64,000 nucleotides of DNA from Trypanosoma brucei (GCA_000002445.1 CH464491.1:3808001-3872000), one strand, 5' to 3'. Numbered from the stretch's first letter, positions 50,428 through 62,352 are shown. Numbers and translations: made by a program. Notes: a model not told the origin generated them from the letters alone.

Positions 50428-51969
50428 TCAGCTAATAACCTCAACAGAAGAACATGATGACGTCCCCCCGTCTTCGACGACAATAATTGGGTCATTATCG
50501 CTCTCAATCGGATCGCTTTGACTTACAGATAATACGGCGCCCTCAGGCTGTGAACAGAGAGGTGTGGTTAATTGCCTGATATCTGGTGGGGACGCTAATG
50601 GATTGAGCCTGGAGAATAACTTCCTTTCACAGAACCTTAACCTCCTTAAACAAATGCCGCATCCTTGACTGCTATCACAGCATGCCGGTTCACCTGGAGT
50701 ATATACGCGGCACGTTACTCGATAATCACTAAAATCAACTGGTTTTAATAACGCCAGAGCCTCCCCTCCTCCGGCCGCTGCCCCATTGGGAGCACCACCG
50801 CACCACCGACTTGCAAGCGAGTTTCTACAGCGGCTGATGCTACCGGTGCTATCTGCAGTGGCACAACACCACATCATCGCCTCTTCACCGTATTCAACAC
50901 CTTCCGACTTAATGAGTCCATGGTTATTGTCGAAAAGAAATCGTGTCACTGGGCTCGATAGCATCCGCAGGATCTCCTCTTGCTCACGGCTACGCCGGGG
51001 GTCCATGTAAGGGTTCACAAACTTTGCAAAAAAGGGGAAACGTCGATTGTCGCAAATTGGTTTGGAGTTAGATATATCATACGGAAAAATCAGTGGCTCC
51101 ACGTTAATCCTTGAATAGTCGAACTCGCCAAACTTAAAGTCTTTTGTAAGTGACTTTGGTGGACCATCGCGGATCCACTCCACTACTTGGAGAAGTTTCG
51201 GGTGTGCCCATCTCCAAAACTCGTCACTGCGGTAAACTCGCCATGCAACAACTTGGCAAACTGGTTTATCCAGATAGACAAAGAAGTCGCATACATCCAC
51301 ATCGGCAATCGCCATCTGACCTTGCATTTGACAAAGGTACTGTTGAGGTATTCCAAAGGGGTGACATAAGCGTTTGGTGCTGTCGTATAATGCGTAATAG
51401 GGGGATTTGATTTCCAACAATCTTGCCAAGCGTTTCGATGTGGAAGCCGTGGGTGAATCGGGAGACGGTGTGGTGGCTAAAGAATCATCCCTTACACTCT
51501 TTGACCTGAACGGAATTCGGATAGATATTGGATTCTCTTGATGTTTCCCATTCTTTACACCCATCAACTTGGTTTCATTTCCCTTTCGCGATGGCGACAT
51601 TAACTGCGAAGATACCGGTGGCGCGTCCTCAAAGACACGTCCATCAGGAGAGCAACCAAGAAGCCTTCCTTCCAAAAGATAGAAGCCACCGTCACTAACA
51701 GCTGTAGAGGTTAATAATTCATACAGCGCACGCGACTTTGGCTCAGTGTTTATACCGTGATCAGTAATTGCGTTGCCTGTAAATTCCAACTCCGTGCCAA
51801 CGATATTTCGGACATAATCCACAAAGTGAACAATGTGTCCGCTAAGCCCGAGAGCCATGCCAAATTGCGATGCGGTGAGCCCAAAAGGCACCTCTTTTTT
51901 CCATTCTAGTTTCTTCCTGGGTTGGGCCATTTGGTGTTCAGCTAACGCCGCCACTGGCACGTGTATCAC
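50428..51969 (-). CDS. YqaJ/lambda-exonuclease-like PD-(D/E)XK nuclease domain protein with C-terminal Cys-rich region
   Basis: 'FGLTASQFGMALGLSG' matches the YqaJ N-terminal motif, 'LLGCSPDGRV' the SPDG motif, 'LEIKSPYY' the (L)EIKxP catalytic motif, and 'QYLCQMQGQMAIADV' the QMQ motif. The C-terminal 130 aa hold more than 12 Cys ('CCATADSTGSISRC...CCDSSQGCGICLRRLRFC'). Confidence 0.55.
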   Translation of the reverse strand: MIHVPVAALAEHQMAQPRKKLEWKKEVPFGLTASQFGMALGLSGHIVHFVDYVRNIVGTELEFTGNAITDHGINTEPKSRALYELLTSTAVSDGGFYLLEGRLLGCSPDGRVFEDAPPVSSQLMSPSRKGNETKLMGVKNGKHQENPISIRIPFRSKSVRDDSLATTPSPDSPTASTSKRLARLLEIKSPYYALYDSTKRLCHPFGIPQQYLCQMQGQMAIADVDVCDFFVYLDKPVCQVVAWRVYRSDEFWRWAHPKLLQVVEWIRDGPPKSLTKDFKFGEFDYSRINVEPLIFPYDISNSKPICDNRRFPFFAKFVNPYMDPRRSREQEEILRMLSSPVTRFLFDNNHGLIKSEGVEYGEEAMMWCCATADSTGSISRCRNSLASRWCGGAPNGAAAGGGEALALLKPVDFSDYRVTCRVYTPGEPACCDSSQGCGICLRRLRFCERKLFSRLNPLASPPDIRQLTTPLCSQPEGAVLSVSQSDPIESDNDPIIVVEDGGTSSCSSVEVIS

Positions 51970-52211
51970 AAAAAAGAAAAGAAAAGAAGATGCTGTTCAT
52001 TCAACAAACAACACCTTTGGCACCGAGCCTTAGGATAATACTGACCAATCACCATCAGAAAGGAAACTAATCACAACTGTAAGACGTGTTTACTAATAAA
52101 AGAGATTAATGGCCAAACGATAATCAGTAGACTGTTTTCCTCTTCAACTACTTCCGAACGCCTCCACGACTAATCGTTGTAAAACCGTAATTAAAGACTA
52201 GACACGCCACA

Positions 52212-52237
<26 letters not shown>
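52212..52237. repeat. (AT)n microsatellite in low-complexity gene desert
   Basis: 'atatatatatatatatatatatatat'. Further (AT)n runs at 53209-53230 and 4815-4833. Confidence 0.9.
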
Positions 52238-52242
<5 letters not shown>

Positions 52243-55224
52243 TACGAATAAGTAGTATAAATATATATTGTGTGGAATATGTGTAACATTTTCCCCTAAA
52301 CGGTTGCACGGTATCGTTGGCGCGTCATCAAAATGAAATATTCCGCTCTGGCAGTACACGGCATTGCCTTTTTTTGTTATGTTTCCACAGATACAAACAT
52401 GAGCATGTGTCGTCATTAATTCCTCCTCAACTAAACTATGGAGTAACACATTGTTTTGAACATAATAACAGTAGGAGGAGGAAGTAGGAGGAGAACCAAA
52501 ACTACGGATGCAAATATATATATATATAATAAAAGATGTATGAGAAAATAAACACTAAAAGAATAATTTTTTTTTAAAAAAAAGAAGAAAAGGAAGAGGA
52601 AAAAAGACATAATGAGAGGATGGGCTCCGAATTGGAGTGGCATATTGAGATAGATGATGAAAAACATGAGGACAACAGCCTCTACAAGGATTGGAAAAGG
52701 AAACAAAAAAGAAAAAAAGAAACAACAACAACAACAGCGACGCCAAAAGGGGGAAAAAAAAATGATATAGTAACGGAGAGAAGGGAATGGAAAGTGAACC
52801 ATTCCATAAGGTAGTGCAAAGTCGTTGTGAAAAAATACAAAAGGTTAAGAGGGAGGGGAGAAGAAAAAAAAGAGAGAGAAAACAACAACAACTACCGACC
52901 TTCACCCGTGCCGTCTGAAGTACAAGATTAAACCAATCAAAAAGAAAAAAAGAGGGATTGTCGGGTCTCCACAAAGTGGAAAAGACAAACTTTTATTCTC
53001 CTGCGTATATTTATTTTTTTTTCGGAATATTTTCAGTATTCGTCTTTTTTTTTTTCGTTTACCCCCAAAAAATTTTTTTCCTTTTATTCTTTTCTTTACC
53101 TGCTTCATTCCTATCCTCCTAATTTGATCAAAAGATGTCCCTTTAGATCACCTTTTTTTTGTTTTCTTTTGCATATGTATGTAAATAAATATATTTAAAT
53201 AAATATAAATATATATATATATATATATATCATTTGTCTTTCATTTCCATTACTTCTTTTTTCTTTTTTTATAAAAAAAAGGGGGTTGCGTCACTGCTCC
53301 ATTTCTTCACGTTCTTGCGGTCCTCCTCTTGAGGTGATACGAAATAAAAAAGAGTTCATATCTGAAGGAGGAATTGCTGCGTGGACAATCAAATGAAGAA
53401 AATACGGGGAATCCACACGATACGCAGAAATGACAAAAAATGAATTAAAAAAAAAAAAGAAAACACTCCAACACTACAAAAAGTGAAGAAAGTTAAAAAA
53501 ATGATAAAAAAAACAACAAAAACTCCCACATGTTCACATCAGGCCGCAGAAATTCGAGTCGAGTTCAGTTAACTGTAGTCGAATATGTGTCTGTATGTCT
53601 GTAAATATGTCTGTAAGTATGCTGTTCTTTTTTTTTCCTCTTTGGGATTCCGTTGTGCCTTATTCGGATATCATGAATCCAACACATTCCGTCACTACTC
53701 CACTCCTTTAGAATCAAGTGGCGGTCAAAATAAATTATTTATATATTATAATAATTATTATTATTAAAGAAAAAAAGGAGGAGTTGAGGAATGACACGAG
53801 AGTAAAGAAACGGAAAACATGAAATAATGACGCCGTTTTTCCCCCCCCCCCCATCAGATGTGTGACTGATGCACTCCCGTATTGACCTCAAACAGAAGAA
53901 GTGGAGGAAAAGAGAAGAGGGGAGAAAAGAAAAAAAGATCAAAAATCAAAAAACAAAAGGAAAAGGAAATGAAAATAGAAATGGGAAAAGAAGAAGAAAG
54001 GAAAGGGAATAGTGTAAAGGGTGCTTCACGCGCACTCTTTTGCGATCCTTTCCTTTCCTTTACTTTTTCTTTTCCCATTTCTTTTTTCTTCTATGCGACA
54101 AACAGCAATGAATTTATAAATTATAGGCTGCTCTGTTATAAAATGGTGGGAATGAAGGGGGAGTGGGGGAAAAAAAAAGAACCGATAGAAAGTGGAGGGT
54201 AAAAGGGTTTTAAAAAAAAAAATGTGGCCATAATAAATACAGAGGGAAGAGAAGGGTAAAAATGTAATAAATAAGTAAAATATTTTTATTAAAAAAAAGC
54301 CAAAGCAAAACAAACCATAAAGAAACTAACAGAAAAGAAAAGAACAAAAGAATGACATATACCGAAATAAGTCTAAAGGAAAATGAAATCAAAATAGAAA
54401 AAAAAACAAAAAAATTTTTTTTGAAAAAAAAATTACTGGCCACAATTCAAAATTTTTTTTTCTTTTTTGTTTACCCCCCCCCACTTCTTTGGCACCTTCA
54501 TGACTCTATCGAAACCTTGTGAGCAGAAATTCTCACATTTTTTGTTTTATTTTCCTTCTCTAAACGTGCGGAAGATGTGAGTGAAAGGAGTAACGAAGAG
54601 GGTGGACGGAAGTTTCTTATTATTGTTATTACAACTTTCCTCTCCTATTTTTAAGGTATTTTTTTTTTAATAATCTCATTTTCTTTAAAAATAAAAAAAA
54701 ATCGATTACCACCGCATTTGCTTTCATCATGTTTCTGTCTTTGTTTCTTTTACTTTTTTATTTGCGTATGAGAGTATGCATGTATTATTTTCTCCTCTAT
54801 CATATTTTTCTTCTTTCTTTCTTTGCTTTAGTTTTGGTTCTATGGTAATTCCGTTTTCGCTCGACTCACTTTAAGTCCCTGTTTCCCTTACCCTCCGGCA
54901 ACTTGGAGGGGAACGAAGCAAGAAACATAAAACCAATTATTTGATATTTATTTGTTCCGTCTCCATACGCACCCCCCTCTGCTCCACATTCTAACCGCTA
55001 TCGTTGTCTATTTATTTATTTTTGTTTTTTTTGTTTTTCATTAATCATCATTCACTCTTTTATCCATTCAATGTTGTTTTCTTGGAGGGAGGAAAGGTAG
55101 AAAGAAGGAAAGAAGGAGGGAAATTTTTACTTGTTTTTTTTTCCTCTTTTTTGTCAAGTAAACTCCAACGCCACCAGTCAGCAGCGTGAGAATGTGAGTA
55201 AAACACTGTTGAATTGTTGCGACC

Positions 55225-56343
55225 TTATTTGTACGTTGGAGGGCGGAGGCCACTCTTCTGGTACTGCGTTTTCTCCTCCCGTGACATGGCTCCAGCTGGA
55301 ACAACATTCTTCACGGAATTGTTCACGTTCTGAAGCCATATGCGGACACCGAAGATGCGGAACAACTCACTGTTCAGCTGCCGGAAATCAATAGAGCGGG
55401 ATGCCTCGTAGTAGAAACTGATCTTCTGTTGATCGAATTGATACTCGCAATCAACGACATCCATGTCGAGCCCAAGGCGCGCTACAATCTCGCGGCATGT
55501 CTTTAAGGCCAGATTCTCATTGCGCGAGATCTCCCCGAAAAGGCGCTCCACTTCCTCCTCCGTTGCCACGCGCAATACTCGACCCATTTCACCCTTCATC
55601 CGCACCACATTCGTCACATTGCCGTCAAAACTCTCTTCACGGACGATGCAGCCCTTCTCAGCATTCCATTCACTGCATTGGTTGACAACACCACAATCGT
55701 GGCCGCGGTCTCCCTGTACAATAGCGTACTGTCCGGGTGTGATGAAGGAACTGCTCACGCACCGCTTCATGCGTTGGCATTTGAATTCGACCAACAAAAT
55801 GAAGCAGTCGTGTCTCTTCCAGCTGTTGTGATCATCTCCACGAGTGGCACTCGAGGACTGTGGGTTTGATAGGGCCCTCTTGTTATCGGTAGCTTTTATG
55901 TGCTCCTCCTCCTTGTCCCTTGTGGAAACCATCGGAGTCGTAACGGTGTCTATCGTCCCACTGGTAAGTGGATCATGGGTAGGAGATTCAAAGAACTGAG
56001 GGGCAGAGTGCGTAGCGTGTGGCATGGCACTACTCAGCATCGAAACAAAGTTGGGCTCCTCTTCAGGAAAGGCGGGATGCACAGCTTCGATTGTTGAGGT
56101 TTGTGATGTAGAGGTTAGTAACTCAGGTGCGGTGGGTAATTGCCTTTGCTGAACCAGGTGCAGCATAAGTCCATAAATAGCATCCACTTTACGGGAGAGT
56201 TGGTCCAACTTTTCTGCGATGCCTTCATCAGTAGTAAATACCGGTGCCGTCATTCGCGCCGCTACCTCCATGTCAGATTCATGCATGTGATGAGGATGCA
56301 CCTGACGCTTGCTTTGGGTCACGTTAGTCAGATCGTGGAACAT
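55225..56343 (-). CDS. PSP1 C-terminal domain protein
   Basis: C-terminal 'AIVQGDRGHDCGVVN...VLRVATEEEVERL...DCEYQFDQQKISFYYEASRSIDFRQLNSELFRIFGVRIWLQ' matches the PSP1 C-terminal conserved region. ORF opens at 56472, but the upstream part is low-complexity, so the Met at 56343 ('MFHDLTNV') is a plausible start. Confidence 0.65.
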   Translation of the reverse strand: MFHDLTNVTQSKRQVHPHHMHESDMEVAARMTAPVFTTDEGIAEKLDQLSRKVDAIYGLMLHLVQQRQLPTAPELLTSTSQTSTIEAVHPAFPEEEPNFVSMLSSAMPHATHSAPQFFESPTHDPLTSGTIDTVTTPMVSTRDKEEEHIKATDNKRALSNPQSSSATRGDDHNSWKRHDCFILLVEFKCQRMKRCVSSSFITPGQYAIVQGDRGHDCGVVNQCSEWNAEKGCIVREESFDGNVTNVVRMKGEMGRVLRVATEEEVERLFGEISRNENLALKTCREIVARLGLDMDVVDCEYQFDQQKISFYYEASRSIDFRQLNSELFRIFGVRIWLQNVNNSVKNVVPAGAMSREEKTQYQKSGLRPPTYK

Positions 56344-56845
56344 TGCAAATAGTGGAGCTAACTTAAATAGTGATGTTGTGCTACACAGTGGAAACTGGTG
56401 GAATCGCTTATAATAAATATACTTATTTTGAAAATGTAAAAATAATAATAATAATAAAACAACAACAGTCAAAACAGTGAAGTAAGTTATACCAACAATA
56501 CCGAAAAGAAGTGGTGAGGGACAGATTCTGTGAATTTACACTAACCGCAGCACAACTCACAATAACCTCCATCTACCCCACTAGTAGTATATGCGGCTGT
56601 CGTTACCGAATAACCAGAAGAAAGGGTAATACCAGTTAACGGGAATAAACAAATAGGAAAGTGAACCCACAGTTTTACACCCGAATAAAGAAATCAATAT
56701 GGACTTCTCGATGTATAGGGCACTACGTACAGATTAAATACAAACTGATCTTCAAGTTGAAACAAAAACGAAAACGATGAGTTACATGTATCGAAACGTA
56801 AGTAGTTCGGAGGTGTTGCGAACTACTTCGCAGAATATCTCATCC

Positions 56846-59194
56846 TTAGATTGGTTGCTCAGTAAGGTAGAATGGCTCGTGGGGGAGTTTGCCGCCACTT
56901 GTGCTTCCTTCCACACCATCTGTGAAGGCGCCAATCCAAAATAGCAGTGTCTCACCCAAACTGTCGTATAGCCCCCTTCGGAGTTCTTCCTGTGCTTCTT
57001 CATCTGCAACATACGGGGGAACCACAACTTTTACAACGGGTTCAACACTTTCCAACTGAAGAAACGGTCGCTCTTCACCATATAGCGACTCTACGCTTGA
57101 ACTGCTGAGCACAATACCAGAGAGGTCCGCTACGCGATGGTACAAAAGCTCAACATCCATCTTTTCTGTATTGAATGGCTCTAGTGGCCCATACATTTTC
57201 TCTATAGTGGGGCCGATTTCGTCTGCCCAGAACCGCTCTGGCACGTGACCAGACGATTGCAAGAGCCCTAAAAAGAGGTCCTGGGAGATCTGCCTCACCT
57301 CGTCTATGACTTGCGAAGTAGAGCGTAACTTATTGCGGAACACGCGGACCGCTGCCCGCGCAACCATTTCAATTTCACAGTAGTGTCCCACAACGGGTTT
57401 TGCACCCGCCGGTATGGCATGATATACAAAAGGCAAAAACCGCATATTCAGTCCATTCGCATGAAAAATTGACGATAGCGAGGGCTGCATCAGTAGACCT
57501 TTGGGTCCACGAAAGCCTGCACCACACTTAACGGCATCACAGAAAATATCACGAGTCGAGTCTCCTTGCTCGGACAGTCGCCTGGCGTAGCAATGGGAGC
57601 ATATATGGCAACACTTTTCATTGCTCCGACACACGACAAACCGCAGCTCATTTGTTAGGGTATTACCACATAAAGTACACTCTACGGCATCCTGGCGTGG
57701 TATGTCGATGGGTTCATGTAAACCTACCATCGCTGCCACCGTTGGTATTAACTTCGCTCGTATGTATTCCGTGGCCTCAACGATGGTGGCGTTATCCTCC
57801 GGGGTTGCAGTGGATTCCACGAAGGCATCCGGGTTCAGTGGAGCACTCCACCTAAGAAGGAACTCTGGTCGAAAACGTAAAGTCGTCAAGGTATCATCCC
57901 ACAGATTACATTTGGTGGGGTCCTTCATGTTTTCTTCATTACCGAGAAGCGCAAGCTCTGGAAGCAGGCGACCGGAACCTATGATATAGAGTCGCTTATC
58001 ATATCCTTTAATCAGAGCGACATCAGCGGACATTGCCACATCAACACTTTTTCCCTCAGCCCCTTTGAGGACATGTCCCTTCAATGATATTGCAGCGCCG
58101 AGTTCACCAAGTCGCCTCTGGACAAAGTTAGGTGTTTCCAAGTTTCCGCGCTCGAGTTCCTGTATCGGTAAGTACACAACGTTCTGCAATTCAATCGGCG
58201 CAATAGCGAAAACACAAACCCGGACGCCACAAAATGTAACGAGCGCCGTCGGAAGGGTGTGAAACAGTTGCTTTGGTGCCTCTAACGATAACACTTGCTG
58301 CGCAAGAAAAAACTGTGTGGCAACCTGCCACGCTTGTTCACTGCCTTTGTTCTCTTCGTCGTCGCAGTCATCCAGCATAACTCGAACGAGGAGGCCATTA
58401 CGTGCGAAGTAGTTTCGTTCCCCGGTGACTCCCCTTCCTGATCGTAACTCTGCTGGAAGTACTAACTCTGCTACAACGCCCAGTGCCGCCTCCTCAGCAG
58501 CTGCTTTGAACTCCTCCATAAAGCAACGAAGCTGATCTCTGGCCGAAGTGCTCGCCTCTCGCTCTGCAAAAAGGTTCTGCTCCACCAACTGTTGGTACTG
58601 TGTGTTCCAATCGCGCGTATGCGCCGCGGGATTCGAAGTCATCGCTCGCCAAGATTTACCCAAAACACGAATGAACTGATGTACATCATCCAGTGAAGGA
58701 AGCTCCTTTGTGCTCACTTCAGGTGGAATGGAATAACTGCCAAGTACGGCAACCTCCTCAGTGCGGGGACTGCTTGGTATATCTTGGTCCTGCTGGTCGT
58801 ATACCCTGCGCCACTGACCAACTTCACCATCTGAGGAAGGCGGCGATGAGAACAGTAACCACAACAGCGAATCATCTACTGAGCGCGAAGCCACCCACCA
58901 ATTCCCAAATGGATCCCTGTACCGGCGAGTTTCACGTATAACTGTACCCTCTTCAACTTCACCAACCACTTCACCCAGTGGACCACAATACAGAGGAGCT
59001 GAAGCACCAAAAAGTTTCCAGTAAATAAGTGATTTCTTGAAACGTATGCTGCCACGACGGGCCGCGCTTCTCGCAGCCGGTGCAGTTGCAACAGACTGAC
59101 GACGTTGGATACCATCCGCTTGGGACCCCTGTACTATTGGTGGTAGTCGCACCATTCCAGATCGTTGAGGTCGGAATATGTATAATATGTGCAA
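56846..59194 (-). CDS. CLU-domain (clustered-mitochondria-like) protein
   Basis: Central 'LHTLPTALVTFCGVRVCVFAIAPI' and 'KGYDKRLYIIGSGRLLPE' resemble the CLU central domain ('[25 protein letters not shown]', 'GNDGRHYILDLLRTFPPD'). 782 aa, with a Cys/His cluster 'CCHICSHCY'. Confidence 0.5.
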   Translation of the reverse strand: MHILYIFRPQRSGMVRLPPIVQGSQADGIQRRQSVATAPAARSAARRGSIRFKKSLIYWKLFGASAPLYCGPLGEVVGEVEEGTVIRETRRYRDPFGNWWVASRSVDDSLLWLLFSSPPSSDGEVGQWRRVYDQQDQDIPSSPRTEEVAVLGSYSIPPEVSTKELPSLDDVHQFIRVLGKSWRAMTSNPAAHTRDWNTQYQQLVEQNLFAEREASTSARDQLRCFMEEFKAAAEEAALGVVAELVLPAELRSGRGVTGERNYFARNGLLVRVMLDDCDDEENKGSEQAWQVATQFFLAQQVLSLEAPKQLFHTLPTALVTFCGVRVCVFAIAPIELQNVVYLPIQELERGNLETPNFVQRRLGELGAAISLKGHVLKGAEGKSVDVAMSADVALIKGYDKRLYIIGSGRLLPELALLGNEENMKDPTKCNLWDDTLTTLRFRPEFLLRWSAPLNPDAFVESTATPEDNATIVEATEYIRAKLIPTVAAMVGLHEPIDIPRQDAVECTLCGNTLTNELRFVVCRSNEKCCHICSHCYARRLSEQGDSTRDIFCDAVKCGAGFRGPKGLLMQPSLSSIFHANGLNMRFLPFVYHAIPAGAKPVVGHYCEIEMVARAAVRVFRNKLRSTSQVIDEVRQISQDLFLGLLQSSGHVPERFWADEIGPTIEKMYGPLEPFNTEKMDVELLYHRVADLSGIVLSSSSVESLYGEERPFLQLESVEPVVKVVVPPYVADEEAQEELRRGLYDSLGETLLFWIGAFTDGVEGSTSGGKLPHEPFYLTEQPI

Positions 59195-59625
59195 AAGTCC
59201 TTTGCCCCGCGATTGGCGCTATGAAGAAGTTGAGAGAAAATTAAATTACCAATTTTTTCATAAACCAAGAAATGAAGACTCGTCGGCGCAAGTACTAACA
59301 GCAGTTGATAACTCAACTACGACAAGTAAAGAATCAGTTCATGATGAAAACAGAACAGCATTGTCGAGGAGGTAAACAAAAGTGACAGCTCCCACCATAA
59401 CACATGGCGGAGGGATTGATTAAAATACCGAACTTTTGGGGGCATCCAATCGCGGCTTTCAGATGATACATATCCAAAAGAAGAAATTTCATGAGCGAAG
59501 TGGGACCAGACATCATTGCGGTGTCACTGTCGCACACACGAAAACAACAGCAGCAACATTTTGATTCATCAAAGAGCCATAATCAAAAACTAATAATAAC
59601 AACACGGTAGTTCACGCCATGCAGC

Positions 59626-59628
<3 letters not shown>

Positions 59629-59667
<39 letters not shown>
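59629..59667. repeat. (CA)19 microsatellite
   Basis: Perfect CA run, intergenic. A matching (TG)11 run lies at 60079-60100 on the other side of a small spacer. Confidence 0.95.
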
Positions 59668-59668
<1 letters not shown>

Positions 59669-60131
59669 CGGTACCACCACTGGTGCGAACAGAACACAAG
59701 GCCTTGCGCTTGCGAGAAACTCACCAAATTAATGGAAAGGTGAAAAAAAATATACAGAGCACGCTACACAAAGAGTATCAAGTACTCTACACCACAATTG
59801 CAGGATAAGCACCGGTCCGATCATCACGACGTGCACCCTGTTCCCGTCGCTCATTTCCATATCTGGCTCGAAAAAGGAAGAAAAATGCAACGAAATAAAA
59901 CAAGGTATGCATGTTGACCAAATGGAAAGGGTCATACACAAGATATTCAAAGGAAGAAAGAAAGGATGAAAGATCGCTGTCGTGTATGGCCTCAACGCAC
60001 ATAATAAAAAAACGCTTTGCGTAATTGAGGTAAGAATAGCAGCACAAAGTTGAGGAGAGTAACTGAACACAGCGTACTTGTGTGTGTGTGTGTGTGTGTG
60101 ATACAAAATCACTTACACATAGAGACGGGTA

Positions 60132-60932
60132 TTACATAACACCACACGTTTGCGCCATACCTGCGGGTTTGGAAAGTTGGTTGAGAAATTCCTCCTCCGA
60201 CACTTTTCCCGTCAGAAGCTCCTTGTAGTATTCATCACGTACTGCCCCTGTCGTGTGGAGGCCATCGCCAAGCACCTTCTGCACATCCACACCGTACTCC
60301 AGAAGTAACTGTAAACGCAGTTGCTGCTTCGTCATTCGAACAGACGGGGACGGTTCCACACCGCCAGTTTTTTTGTGTTTCCGTGCCAATGCAAGCGCCT
60401 CTTCTTGAGATTTCAGCATTTTGGTGGTGAACTGCCACAAGAAACAGTACATTGCTACGGCGTCCTGCTCACGTGACGTAAAGGAGGTTGTGTTGTTTGA
60501 CGGCTGCTCGCCGGACGTCGCGGTTGTATTCGATTCCGAGGAATTTGTGGAATTTCCACCATGCTGCCTTTTTTCCGGTGCACCAGCTGTACTTCCCTTT
60601 CTGATGTTAGTTTTTCGGGTTGCTCCCTTCCACAGACGATCCTTCAGCACCCCGAATGCCATCTGCATAAAGACGTGGTGAGACAACTTCACTGGAATAG
60701 GTTCTCCAACACATAAGAAATTTGGGCATTGCCCTGGTATAGATTCTGGGTCCCGTTTGTACCACAGCAGAACATAATCACAGTGGAGTTTTTGTTGCAA
60801 CTCTTGTTGTGAGCGGAGAAATGGCGACACACCAGTTACAGCACCCTTTGGTGCCTTTACACTAGGTGAAATTGAGGATTTAGTACTCATCCCTCCAGCG
60901 CCTCCTTTACATACACTTCTCTTTTTCTGCAC
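60132..60932 (-). CDS. Hypothetical protein
   Basis: 266-aa ORF on the cluster strand. N/S/T-rich central linker. No recognisable domain. Confidence 0.4.
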   Translation of the reverse strand: MQKKRSVCKGGAGGMSTKSSISPSVKAPKGAVTGVSPFLRSQQELQQKLHCDYVLLWYKRDPESIPGQCPNFLCVGEPIPVKLSHHVFMQMAFGVLKDRLWKGATRKTNIRKGSTAGAPEKRQHGGNSTNSSESNTTATSGEQPSNNTTSFTSREQDAVAMYCFLWQFTTKMLKSQEEALALARKHKKTGGVEPSPSVRMTKQQLRLQLLLEYGVDVQKVLGDGLHTTGAVRDEYYKELLTGKVSEEEFLNQLSKPAGMAQTCGVM

Positions 60933-62352
60933 TTATCGGCCTACTACGCGAATGGTAACTGTGCAACAGCTACTATTAACAACCACCTGTTTAGGCGGTT
61001 ACATGTGTATACGTGCACGTATAAGTAAGTGAAATTAAATGAAGGATAAGTTCTGACCAATTTAGAAAGAAAAATCTTTTTTGCGATAGCAATCATGGGA
61101 GGCAAATACATTAGCAGCTCTACGTATGCGGAGATACGAAACTCGCACAACCGTCACCGTGAATAATCGATATGATGTAAATGGGTTCTTAACAGTCGAA
61201 AGTGTGCGTGTGTGTGAGAAATAATAGTACCAGAAGAAGGAAGCGTTGGTTATGTTTCTCAGGAAATGATTTCGTAACAGCTCTTGTGCATATATATATA
61301 TATATATATATTCCACGGAATGAAATAACTGCCCTTGCCGCGGTCACCTCACCACTCTGCACCTACCGCCACTTCCATGAATATATTATAAACAAATTCG
61401 CGCTTCACACACTTATATTACGGTGCCTCATTAACGAGCACAGTGGGTTAGCACCCGTGTGCAGGTTGGGGAAGAGGACGAGGTCCAAACCATCTCTCCT
61501 CATAACAAAACTGATCATGTCTTTCTTTTTATTCTTACTTTTCCACTTTTCTTTCCTATCTTCCTTCCTCGATCCAATATGGGAGAGATAGCAGAATAAA
61601 AAAAAGTCTGTCACGCAGTCACAACGACAATACAGCACAACCAACCAAACCCGACAAAAAATGTAAATAAATAAAGGAACGCTATCCATACGGGTACCTG
61701 ATATGCTGAAGGAAAAGGTAATCCACAAGTAACAGCACACACACAAAAAAAAACGATAAAAAAAAGAGAACATTGCAGCATAGATAAGTAAAAAAAGGGG
61801 GGAGAAACATTCAGTGTTGAAAGATCCTAATCAACACGTGGTTACCACAACCTATTGCAACTCTGATGCAACATCGCACCTCCCCTCTCGCTAAAATAGA
61901 AAATATACCGTAAATTATCGTAATGAAGAATATTTCCGCCAGGCACATCGCCTTCATCCAAACTCGACAATTTGTGCATCCCTTTACTTTGTCGTTGCAC
62001 GCATTCAACAAATTTTCTCATTTTAGACGAGTGGAAGGACAGAGGAGGGAGGCGACATTAGTTGATGGTGCCTTTCCATCCAAAACTATACTCACCCCCT
62101 TTCCTACCAGTTCTATATCACAAAATGTTGCATTATTAATTGAGCCCCTTTCACCTTATTGTACATATTGCAACTGTTTACACAGCAGCATGGTCCGAAC
62201 ACTAAGTATAATAAAAAGCGTTACCTACTGCATTCCCCTTATTATTATTATTTTTCTCTTTTACTTTTGCTGATATTCTGCTAACTTGTCTTTGCCGTCC
62301 GCATCTACAAATTTTTATTTTGATAATCTGCGTTGCACCAACACACCGAGTC

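Noticed and set aside
52431-52974. Overlapping 123- and 139-aa minus-strand ORFs and other small ORFs in the 52-55 kb desert
   Set aside because: Composed almost entirely of F/L/S/P from polypyrimidine tracts and K/E/R/G from polypurine tracts. No domain, and no coding-like codon usage.
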